A DNA stretch of 64,000 bases, from assembly GCA_050273025.1 (NCBI GenBank), contig CP158635.1:31682001-31746000 (forward strand), given 5' to 3'. The translations under genes and the position numbers were made by a program. Below, piece by piece: positions 39,720 to 50,700 of the stretch. The DNA comes from Cenococcum geophilum. Its lineage: Eukaryota. Positions within the stretch are counted from its first letter, which is position 1, and each line of letters opens with the position of its first letter. Under the pieces are notes generated by a model. It was given only the letters and a program-made list of their open reading frames with translations, was not told the DNA's origin and searched no databases.

Positions 39720-40957
39720 GGCAAGGTAGATTTATGGGATATACTATACTTCCTATTAGACGCGTATATAGATTTAAATACCGTAGTCCTAGAGTAAATA
39801 CTAAAGACGATTGTCTTTATAGATGGTCGTCGGTCCGTTTAGGAAGTAGTGGTATACTTCTAAAGAGCACTCCTTATAAAGACTTTAACCTTTAAACCTA
39901 ATAAATAGTATACTACCAATGCTAATAATAAAGCTCGTTGCGTTACTAATGTGGTCTAGGTATATACTGTATATATTTAAGAGTATGATTATACTTTATA
40001 TACTAAGATAAAGGATATAAGATATGTAAGAAAGTAATAATAGCAGCTATAGGAGCTACAAGGCTAGTATAGTTAGGAATCTCGTACTAGTACATCTAAT
40101 TACGCCGCAACTATTTGGAAAAGGGACGACACTCTTACTACATAGGTTGCGAGACAAGAGGTGTTAAGGGCTGTATAGTTATATATAATTAAGACGGCCA
40201 GAGTAAATAAGCGTACGTCGTTAGATATAGCGAGAGTTAGTACACCGCCGTTAACCTTATAATTAGAAGAATGGGTTAACGGAGTTATTAGTACGCTAGT
40301 ATTGCTATTACTAATCTTACCTATCCCACCTAATGGTGTACTAGAAGGTATTTAGTGTGCTATAAGATAGCTTAAATAAGCTTACACTTTAGGAGTAAAC
40401 GTCGCTAGTTATAGCCTTAATAGCAGCTAGTTGAATATCTAGTGGCCAGTTATTAATGTATTAGATATGTAGAAAAGCGCTACTCCTAGTTAAAAAAGAT
40501 AAAGGCAAAGGCGTGAAAGTACAAAGCCTACTACCCTATTAATACGTCGGTTGCTATTAGCAGAGAAAGATTTAAATGCTAATAAAATATTAACCTTTAT
40601 ACCTATTTTAAAGAGAGGGCGTATAAGGTAAGCAACTCTAAAGGGTCTAAAGAACTTTTGTATTAATAGATAGAATATATTTAATTAGCCTAGGAGTTTA
40701 TAGAAGTTTATAGAAGATGGTATATTATTTTTATTAGTTTAGGAGTTTGTAGGAGTTTATAGGAGTTCATAGGAGATAGTACGTTATTTTAATTGGCCTA
40801 GGAGTTTATAATAGTTCCGAAAATTAAGAATATTAAAGTAAATATAAATTATAATTATAATTTTGTTTAATAATATCTTTAACTACTTTAAAATTATTCT
40901 TTATACTTATACCTATTAACCGTCTTTAATTAAAGCTTTTAATAAAAAGCATTTAAA

Positions 40958-41990
40958 ATGTCTCCTCCTACTCTCTAGGTGCGTACGTACCCCCCTAACG
41001 TCCTTCTTAATATAGAGAGAATACTACGGGCTGCGGCCCTTCTTTATTATCGCTAGCTTTAGTCTAGTAGAATTTAGGTTAAGATATGGTTAGTATTAGA
41101 ACTTTAACTATTAACTATAAGATATAACTAACTGGTTTTAATAGGCGCCCTCGCCCTTGCCGCCGCCCTCCCCTTTTAATAGTAGTAGTAGTAGTAACAG
41201 CAACAGTAACAGTAGCACCGCCGCTAGTGCCGCCGCCGCCGCCACCGCCGGCCGCCGCCGCCGCTAATAACGACGACGACGATGATAATAAGGATGAATG
41301 GTTTAGCGGTAGGGAGTTAGGAGAGGAGCCGTAAGTATTAATAACTGCGTAGTATATATTTAGCTTACATATATTTATAAACCACTACTACTATTACTAT
41401 TACTAGCCCTAGCCCTAGCTCCTGCTTCTGCTCCTACTCCTACCCTAGCCCTTACTCCTACCCTAACCCTTCCCCTATTACCGGCCCTCTTACTACTAGC
41501 CCTTACTGCTATCGGGTTTGCCCTTGCCTAGCGCACTAACCCCGTCCGCCTACTGTGGGATTGGGCCCCCTATAGTAAGGCGACTACTATATACGCCCTT
41601 ACCGCCTAAGGTAAATAGTAGTCGTAGTTAGTAGTAGGGTTGGCGGTTATAGGGCCGAATAAGCAGAGAGACTAGGGCTATATTAGCCGGATAATAGAGA
41701 CAGAGTTAGGGGTAAAGTTAGTAGGTAGTAAGTGATGCACTACCTACTAAGCCTTAAGTAAGGAGTGTTAGGTATACTCTAAAAAGGGTATATAGCAGGT
41801 AAGTAGGCCTAGGGATACCTGCGCTTATTATTGAGTAGTAGCCCGTTCCGGCAGGTATAGCCTTTTAAAGCGTAGGCGTAAGGACCCTAAGGATCCCTCA
41901 CCCCTACCTCCTAGGCTAAGGTCTTTAGCGGCGTATAAGCCGTCTAGTGGTCCACTACTAGGTCCTAGCGGCAGTGGCATTACAGTATAA
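40958..41990 (+). pseudogene. Third gene of the Academ-like element: low-complexity protein with a C-terminal Zn2Cys6-like cluster
   Basis: ATG at 40958; intron-like donors GTTAGT (~41089) and GTAAGT (~41331); 41736-41858 gives Cx2Cx6Cx17Cx2Cx8C (3 Cys intact, 3 TAY), followed by KRRRK. Confidence 0.5.
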
Positions 41991-42453
41991 GGGGGAGAGG
42001 GGGGAAAGAGGTTAGCGTTGCTTTCTAGCACTCCGGTGCGCTAAAGTAGCGGCTTTTATAGTATATTCTTCATAGGTAAGCTTTAATCTAATAGCGTTAA
42101 TCTAAGGGGTAAAACCTAGACGACGATACTGTCCGGTGCGGGCTAAACTATAAGGCATTCTTCGCAGGCAAGCTTTAATCCGGCTATGTTAATCCGAGGG
42201 GTAATCCTAAATAATAGTATTGTTTAGTATAGGCCCAACTATAAGGCGTTATAGAAGCCCCGGAGTTGCCCAATAGGTAGTATAGGTAGATAGTAGTTAA
42301 ATACAGTTGCCTTATGTGTAAAAGTTCGTATAAAGTTCGTATAAAAGTTTATGTAAAAGTTTGTGTAAAAGTTTATGTAAAAGTTCGTAGTTAAACAGAA
42401 ATATAGGCATTTAATTAGCCTAGGAGTTTGTAGGAGTTTATAGGAGTTTGTAG

Positions 42454-45400
42454 ATTAGTTACCTACTCCAATTCCTATAAGGTTAATTATATCAATTATT
42501 AAAAGGTTAATTGTTAGATTAATAACCCTATCCAACCCCTCCCCAACCTAGTTAGTATAATCTTCTATATTAGCAAATCTATTAAGATTATCTAGGGTAT
42601 TAGAAGGGTACAACTCCCTAACCGTATTTAATTATTAGATGTGCTGCTAGTTAAACTAATTAACCTTATCCGCTAGCACCTTAATGCCTTCTTATAAGAT
42701 ATTATAAGAATTAAAAAACTTCCTACCAGCTAATTGCTTAGTACTTCGCGGTTTAGCTAAATCTAAAGTAAAGAGGGTATAAGCAAGTAAAAACATATCC
42801 GGTAGTACAGTAGTAGTAGTATAAGTCCTAAACATGTACTCGCTAAATATAGCCTTTACTCTTTTACGGAACGCCCTAACCTAAGTATTGGATAGACATA
42901 CTCGGTTAAATATAATATCTATATTATGGGTTAAGTTCTTATAACACTTTATCTTAATCTTATAGCTACCGTTTAGATACTTAAGCCTAAGGTTAATTGC
43001 TTTGTATATAGTTGCCCTACTAAGCCAGTTTATAAGCCTAGAGGATAGTATTATATACTATAATTTAGGAGTGTTTACTAAGGAAAGGTTCCATTAATAA
43101 AATAATATCTCGCGGCTATAGTTAAGCTAGGACGCGCTAAAAAAGTAAATAATAAGAGGGTTAATAAAGTGCCTTAGCATGCCTATATTAGCATATTTAA
43201 TAGCATACCGAATAGTTAGAAATAGCTTAACCTTCTAAAGCATACGATATATTGTCCGGAATTTAATATCGTTATGCGGTTGCTTATTAAAGCTATTACC
43301 ATTCCATATATCTAATGTAAAGGCGGCTAGACGGACGTCTTTAATAAGTTCTAAAAATTGATCTAGTATAAGAGAACTAATAGCGTCGGTAACGTGGTCC
43401 ATTTACTTAAAGAAGTCTCTGCTAGAGGCAATAAGGTAGCCCTTACGTCGCATTACTGCATAAAATAATGCAACTACGCGTGCCGTAAAGCCCTGCGCAA
43501 CAATTGGTTCCATTAAGTGATATTTAGCGTTCTCCCAACTACACTAACTGCGACCCTATATAGTAGTATTAGCTTATAAGCAATAATAAGCCTTTTCTTT
43601 AGAAATAATAGGTGCCCAATACGTACGGATAATAGTATTTAGTAGGTTTATCTGGATATAAAACCACGCAGGTATACTAAGAAGCTAATCCCATCGGTCA
43701 TATAGTTGGCAAGCCTAGGTTTGCTTATTTTTAACAGCCCTAATATAGATTGCCGTAAGTTGGTCTCTATGGATAAGCTAGAGTTGATTATAGAAGTTGT
43801 TACGGATAGGTCTAGCCTTAATAAGGTTATCTAGTGCTTATAGACTAAGCTAGTCTAGAAATATACTTTTATAGACGCCGTAAGTACCTTTAATAGTGTC
43901 GTGGTGTAGATTGGACGTCGCCTACTGTCTTGGCATTTCCCTATATTTATAGAGCCTTCGGCTTCCTTCCTTCTTCCCTCTATTATATACATATCACGAC
44001 CTACCGAGAATACATTCTTTCCTTTCTTCTTACTGACTGTTTTCCTACTGATTGATTACGACTGACGACCGACCGACCGACCGACCGACCGACCGACTGA
44101 CAGACAGACAGCATTGTGACTTCCTATCTGAGAGGGACCGCGTCCACCACCACAATAGTACCCTTATCCTTAAATATGGCCCTAAATTACTAGAACTTGG
44201 TCTGATTTATATTAAGACAATATATACTTGGCATTTTAGGATAGCGATTACTATCTCTAAATATAGAGTTAATGCTAGCTATATAAAGTCTCTTAATTAT
44301 ATCTAATATAAGGCTTTGCGTAATATTTAACCTAATCTTACTATCTTTACCGGATATACTAGGGGCAGCTAATATATCTTTAAGCCTAAGTGGTATTATT
44401 AGATTATGTATAGATTAACGAAGACCTAAAAGTAGTAGTCTAGGGTAAAGAATAATAGCCGCCGTTGTCATTGACCGTATAGTATCTGTATGGCCTATAA
44501 CCTAGTCACGCTTCTTATCCTTAAAGTTAATATTATTATAGACAATTACTGCCTGCTTATTTAACGCTTAAAGCTTAAGCTGCCTCTAAAGACATTAGCT
44601 AATTGGCTTAGGAGTTTAGATTTAGATACTATACCTCTGCCTCCTTAGCGATCTTGCCCATTAACTAATTAGCCTAATAATAACTATAATACACCCTAAA
44701 CCCTAATAGAGTCTTAATTACTCGCCGCTTTACGCTAGAGCCTATTAAATAGATATCTAGTATTAAAGAGAGGAAGCTAGATCGCTTTTTAGCCCGAGAA
44801 TAACATACTATACTAGTAATAGCAAACAATCGCCTAGATAATACATTAGACTAAGGCGTAGCGTCGTAACTGTTTTAGTGGGCGCGCTAATTGCTTATAA
44901 GTCTTAAAAGAACAGTATGCTATATTGGGGCAACCTCCTTAATAGTTCTAAAGGCTAGCTTAAAGTCTAGTGTCTCTAGGTCTATAGTATAATTAAATTA
45001 AGTAAAGTAGGGCTGACGGATAAGATTATTGAGCTCTACAGCAAAAGAATCTGCTAAAGAAGGACGCTGGCAGATGCTCCTTATGCGTGGATTGTCCATA
45101 GCACGCATTAGTACACGCCGTCGCTGTTATAGATAGGCATATTAGCGGTTCTAAATTATAACCTCTCTGCCCTTTTCTGCCCCAGCCTAAGCAAGTATAA
45201 AGGTTTAAAAACTCCATTAAACGCGGCGTAGTATATTAGCTACCTGCTATAGCTTAAATTACGTAGACTGCCGTTCCCTAGAGCTTATATTGTATTAACC
45301 GCGGGTAAAAAAGGAAGGTTCGTTAGAGGAAGGCTAAAGAGCCTTAATAGCGTCGCTATTAAGCTTATTATTAAGGTAGTCCATATTATTGTTAGAATAC

Positions 45401-45495
45401 TTATTAGGGTATCCGTTAGGGTGTCCGTTAGGGGGTAAAAGAGGGCTAGAAGGGGCGCTAGATAAGGGACTTTGCGAATTATTAGATAGGGGCAT
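42454..45495 (-). pseudogene. Academ-type (DUF6589-like) DDE transposase with one intron, interrupted by a solo LTR
   Basis: ATG at 45495 (MPLSNNSQSP). Motifs: VYNNINF (=YDN.NF) ~44530; IHRDQLT (=HGDQLT) ~43760; PAWFYIQ (=WFH); YAIKYANIG; LNYSRE; LINWLSR; AINLRLKYLN (=DLGLEHLN) ~42980. Intron at ~44588-44636. Confidence 0.85.
43897..44154 (-). mobile_element. Solo LTR (258 bp) related to 36528-36775, 4-bp TSD ATAG (CTAT on minus)
   Basis: TGTCGTGGTG...CACCACCACA flanked by ATAG; removal restores the transposase codons DKGTIKGTY. Confidence 0.8.
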
Positions 45496-46067
45496 ATATA
45501 TTAGGCCGGCAGCGTCTATTGTTTCTTAATTAGATAGAGGAAGTAAATAGCTTTTAATTAAAACCGATTATAAGTGTTTTAGAGTTAATTTAGGGTATAA
45601 GATACAGCGTTATAATAGAAGAGTTGTTGCCTAATAAGAAACAATAAGTTTACACACAAAGGGCTCCTATAAGCTCTTAAACCCTTAAGGAGAAATTCCT
45701 CTTAGTGTAATCTAATTGGTCTAGGAGTTTGCAGGAGTTTATAGGACTAGGGTAAAGTAATCCGATTGGCCCAGGAGTTCGCAGGACTTCACAAGCGTAA
45801 CGCTAGCCCTTAGCGCCACGCCGTGGCGCAATTTCTCCCCGGGGGTCTAATTTATGAGATAATACGTACGGAGGCTCTATACGAAGCTCTATATAAAGCC
45901 TTTATGTATACGCAATACACACTACTACCGGGTCCCCGCTATATTCCCAATAGCCTCTACACGTGCCTCTGCTAAGTATACCCCTATATACACCTAGGTA
46001 GCCACCTCATTTTTTACCCTTCCTTACACCCTCCCTACCTAGGAAGACACCAGAACGACAGCCAGTA

Positions 46068-46270
46068 GACGACCGTCGCCGGAGCCAGACGACCATCGCC
46101 GGAGCTAGACGACCGTCGCCGGAGCTAGACGACCGTCGTCAGAGCTAGACGATCGTCGCCGGAGCCAGATAACCGTCGCCAGAGCTAGACGACCGTCGCC
46201 GGAGCCAGATGACCGTCGCCAGAGCTAGACAACCATCGTCATCGCCACACGACCGTCGCCAGAGCCACAC
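46068..46270 (+). repeat. 20-bp tandem array (GACGACCGTCGCCGGAGCYA), about 10 units
   Basis: Direct head-to-tail units with no spacers. Confidence 0.9.
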
Positions 46271-46344
46271 AACAACCGTTTAAACGACTAGCTAGCGAAC
46301 ACGATAAACGATTCAATCGATCAATTGAATCAAGGTGACATAAA

Positions 46345-46428
46345 CAGGTAGGCACAGACAGGTAGGCATAGATAGGTAGGCATAGACGGGTAGGTATAGA
46401 CGGACGGATAGATAGGTAGGTAGGCAAG

Positions 46429-46500
<72 letters not shown>

Positions 46501-46512
46501 TAGGTAGGTAGA
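46345..46512 (+). repeat. (GGCA)n/(GGTA)n microsatellite with degenerate 14-bp units upstream
   Basis: Seen directly in the sequence. Confidence 0.9.
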
Positions 46513-46679
46513 TAATTTAGAGCCTCTACGAGAGGCTTCCCCCTTAACGCCTAAAGTAGATAGCTCTACATTTTATATAGTTATAATATAAATATATTTA
46601 AAAGTATATTATAGAAATCTATGGGAATATGTAATAATTTAGTTATTATATAATATAATTATAATTTATATAGTAACAA

Positions 46680-46795
46680 TTTATAGTTACAATTTGTACA
46701 GTTTTTACAATTTGTATAGGTTTTACAATTCGTACAGTTTTTATAATTCGTACAGTTTTTACAATTCGTACAGTTTGTACAATTCGTACAGTTTG
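46680..46795 (+). repeat. ~19-bp tandem repeat (TACAATTCGTACAGTTTTT)
   Basis: About 6 units in the right subterminal arm of the Academ-like element. Confidence 0.8.
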
Positions 46796-47303
46796 CGCAC
46801 TATTTATTTTTAAGGTAGCGTTTTGCCGTAATTTGCTATTAGATGCTGCAAACTTGTTATAAAACGCGCAAATTGCTATTAGGGTGCTGCAAACTTGTTA
46901 CAAAACGTGCGTTTTGCGCAAATTGCTATCAACTATATACATCTACCACGATCGTACGGTTTGCGGCAATTTGCCGCAAACCGCAACAACGACCCAAAAA
47001 AAAAATCCTAATGCTATAGTAGATGCTAAGCTAAACTACCCCATCCACGATAAAGAGATGCTAGCTATTATCTCTAGCTTTTAGTACTGGTGAATATAGT
47101 TAAAAAGAGCCCCTAAGTCTATTTAAGTAGTTTCTAATTATAAGGCTTTAGAATATTTTATAATAATAAAGGCCCTTATAGCCCGGTAGGTACACTAAGC
47201 AGAGGTTCTATCCTAATTTAACTTCCTAATTATATATAGGCTAAGTGTTACTAACTATATAGATGCTCTTATAAGGCGTAAATAAGATTTAGATAATTAG
47301 GTA

Positions 47304-47735
47304 ACGTACTCTATAGATAAGCGGCCTATACGGGTAAGCGGTCCACACGGGTAAGCGGCCCACCTTAAAACCTCACCAAAAATTGGAAAAACCACACCTT
47401 AATATCTCAACAACTACTTAATAATAAATTTTAAAAATTTGGGTTTAGACTTTTATATATACTCTACAGCTCTTATTAAAGTTGCATTGTAAATAGGTTA
47501 GTAGTTTTTAAGATATAGTAATTTAGCCTTATTTTGGCCCCTAAGTTATAATATCTTAAAAACTACTAACCTATTTACGATGCAACTTTAATAAAAGCTA
47601 TAAAGTATATATAAAAGTCTAAATCTAAAGTATTAAATTTTATTATACAGTGGTTGTTGGGATATTAAGGTGTGATTTTTCTAATTTTTGAGGTGGGCCG
47701 CTTACCCGTGTGGGCCGCTTACCTATAGAGTACGT
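47304..47735. mobile_element. Fold-back MITE, pogo/Fot1-like (ACGT termini, TA TSD)
   Basis: TA|ACGTACTCTATAG...CTATAGAGTACGT|TA; arms pair over almost the whole 432 bp; repeated GGTAAGCGG motifs. Confidence 0.9.
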
Positions 47736-47777
47736 TAGCTGCAAAGATCTTATTATAGACTTAGATACTACTATAAC

Positions 47778-50700
47778 TGTCGGGAATGAGGCAAGTTGCC
47801 GTCGCATGAAGCATATTGCCGTCACGTGTCGACGTGGCCCTAGCGTGGTAAGGAACCTTAAGTTCCTTACCCCTTTCCTCATTCCTATCAATAAGAATTA
47901 ACTAACATCACTGTAACCCTACTCGAGTAGTCGTTATTAGTGAGTCACCCTATGTTTCTAACACTGATCAGTAGTTGAATACACAGTCAACTATAGAGCA
48001 GCTAGGTTTTCGAATAGAAGAGACAGTCTCGTATAGGGGTGCTATATACGCTTATATAGAATGGATCCCGGCGATACTATACTACCTTAAACTTGCGGAA
48101 AACTAGTAACAGAAGTGTCACTAAGTACTAGGAGATACCAAGTTGCGTCTATTACGCAGAACAACTACGTTTACGAAGATTTAGTCAAGTACTTTAGGTC
48201 AGAAGTGTCACTAAACCTACGGTCCTAAAGTTAACGTCCAAAACGCGTCGACAACATCTCGATTGCCTACCTTTTGATAGCAAACCTACGAGATTCTACA
48301 AAGCCAAAAACCCTACCTACCTTCGACGTACGACACCCCGTCGATTCTATACCTACTATAGCATCAACCTACCTAAAGAAGTACGAGAAAAGCATTAACC
48401 CGGAGACATAGGATATAGACATTAACCCTATAAACGCTAAGGAATAGGACCTAAACGGATTCTTAGTATACCGCATAGTACACTATATAGACAGCGAATA
48501 CAATAATACCGAGCTATAGTGTTATATAAAGGAGGACTTTATTAGATGGATAAAGGAAATATAGGCTCTCGCAAAGAAGGACGTTATATAAGACTTCCGT
48601 AACTTCCTTCGGGAGAATAGAGTATTTGTTCCTATAGATAGGGGTGCTATTAGAGATAATATCTAGGAGCAAATTATTAACGTAAAAGAAGAGCATAAAT
48701 GGACTCTATAAGAGGTTAAGCACTAACTACGCACTAAGAGGAAGCTCAACTTACAATAAAATCCAAATGATACGCCAATAGAGACGCGCTCTAATTCCAT
48801 TACTCTAGGTATAAGTTCTCACGTTCCGCATCTATTGCTTCTACCTCTATCTCTAGCTCCCTAGGATCTACTAATTTAACTAGTAACGTTAACCACTACC
48901 CCTTAAAAGTAAGCGCAAGATCCCCTTGCTTCGCGATTTAATAACCTTCGAACTCTACTATAGGAAGATTAGGTACTACGCCGTGTTCTACTAAGCCCTA
49001 TATCTCCACTATAGCCTATAAAGCAATCCCCACCTTAATCTCTAATGTAATTTTAACGTAGTCTAATACTACTTAGAGGCACCTTAAAAATGCTTATAGA
49101 GCTTACGAAGCTCTATACAGACTAGGAGAAGAAGTTTAGTGGGGAACTATATAATATCCTTAATTCGAAGCTGCGTATCTTTTATAACTATTATTAGAAG
49201 GTTGGACTAGAACCTAACTAATATTATAACGCCTATTCCGTTATGCTTAAGGGCCGCGTTAGTACCTTCTATTATGATCATTTGGCAGAAAAAGGATATA
49301 ATTTTAACTAAATAATATATAAGATAAGATGCCACTTTAAAATAAAAGAGAATAAGCAGCAATATATATCGGAGTGGAGAGAGACTACCTTTCTAAGAAT
49401 TATTGCTACGAACCTAGGTGTCTCTCGGCTTAATTATCTTTAAAAGCTCTTTAATTAACTTTAGACAATTTAGTGTAGTTTATCTAAATTATATTAAGAG
49501 GACCTTAGCCTACGCGATTAAGTCATTAACGTATGCCGAGGTATTAAAGAATATAATCTCGCTCTTTTTAACCCTATAAGTACTTATAAAGGAGTGTATA
49601 CTTAATTAAGATCCTCTATTGGCACCGCTCTACGCTCTTAAGAAGTATAGTAATTTAACGCCTAACTTTAACCTACTTTGATTAACCTAGCTAACTAATA
49701 TAATTATAACTGGACTAATTAAATATATAGTAGACGTAGTAGGGAATACAGTAAAGGGTACGATTAACGTTAACTATAAGGCAATTATAGAGGTCCTTAT
49801 AGAGGTTTACTTTAGAGCGATTGTTAGAAGAAGTGCTATATTTATAAGAAGCTAAATTACTAGTTAACTAGACACCCTCTTAATAGACAAAAGGAGGCAT
49901 ATAATAGGTTTCGCTAGAGCATATAAAACGTTAGAAACTAAAAGGTTACTATAGCCTACTTTTAAAACTTCCTAGTTTAATATAAAGGCGAAGAAGATCT
50001 TAAGGGTAAGGTTAATAAGGCTAAATAGCTCCTTATAGATATAGAAATTGAGAACTACTCTCCCGACTAATACTTTACTAAGTATAGTAAGGTAAATAGC
50101 ATACAAACCGTTGCTATCCTTAATAACTAATCTACGCTCTATTCTATTATAAAGTTAGATATTTTTAACGAGCTAAAGGAAAGTTCCGCGTTCTCCTTTA
50201 ATAATAGATACTTAGCAAACGTCTTTTATAGTATTATGCCAGATACTAGAGCCGCAGGAGTATCTATAGTAGGAGAGCCTCAAATTCGAGCTCTTTAGCA
50301 GCTTAATAGCTCTATTTAGATTAACTAATTAATAGTAGGCTAATATATAATTCGCTTTAGCAAGGGTACTATAATTTCTTTTAGTATAATTAAGGTCCAA
50401 ACCCCGTTAGGATATATTACTTTCTATATTATCCCCGCAAATACCCCGTTCCTATTCTACATCCAAAATATAAATAAATTAGGTATTAAGCTTAATAACC
50501 TTAAGAATATACTTGTCTAGGGAAATAGTTAGGTGCCCGTTATACGCAAGTAGGGTTACCCTTAGTTGCTCCTTTAATAGCTAGAAAGGAGCGTTACTTA
50601 AAGCTACCTAACTAAGTTAGAGTTACATTAACTATACCGTTGTTTTAGCTACCCATCTGTTTACTAATTGCTTAGGGTCCTTTAGTAAGTAGGTTATAAA

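Larger units (their letters stand above)
36431..40680 (+). pseudogene. RecQ-like SF2 helicase, interrupted by a solo LTR and an ORF1-only LINE
   Basis: ATG at 36431 (MPKQNRNY) is in frame across both inserts. Motif I ARIGFRKSLIF (=ARTGFGKS) at 37010; VLLSP; motif II INNCYL (=ID[D/E]CHL) ~37317; IRTSINRPNV; KTIVFIDGR ~39805. Motifs V/VI are not recognisable and the 3' end is approximate. Confidence 0.85.
32468..47013. mobile_element. AcademH-like DNA transposon (transposase + RecQ helicase + third gene)
   Basis: After removing the nested Harbinger, the left end reads TATTAGGA (RIP of CATTAGGA) and the right end TCCTAATG. CT is duplicated at 32466-32467 and 47014-47015, and excision restores the Gypsy-B RNase H frame. 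GCAATTTG subterminal repeats occur at both ends. Confidence 0.85.

Noticed and set aside
36431..40680. Host RecQ (SGS1) or telomere-linked helicase gene
   Set aside because: It lies within TIR/TSD-bounded DNA inside a Gypsy pol, paired with a transposase, and no telomeric array is seen.
36522..44160. ~240-bp inverted repeat pair that looks like TIRs or twin promoters of a helicase-transposase unit
   Set aside because: Each arm has its own TG...CA ends and 4-bp TSD and interrupts a reading frame that continues outside it, so they are two independent insertions.
46068..46270. Possible CRISPR-like array
   Set aside because: Head-to-tail 20-mers with no unique spacers, no cas genes, and a eukaryotic context.
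32468..47013. Starship or Helitron interpretation
   Set aside because: No tyrosine recombinase captain, HUH Rep or PIF1 helicase motifs were seen; the element has TIRs and a DDE transposase.
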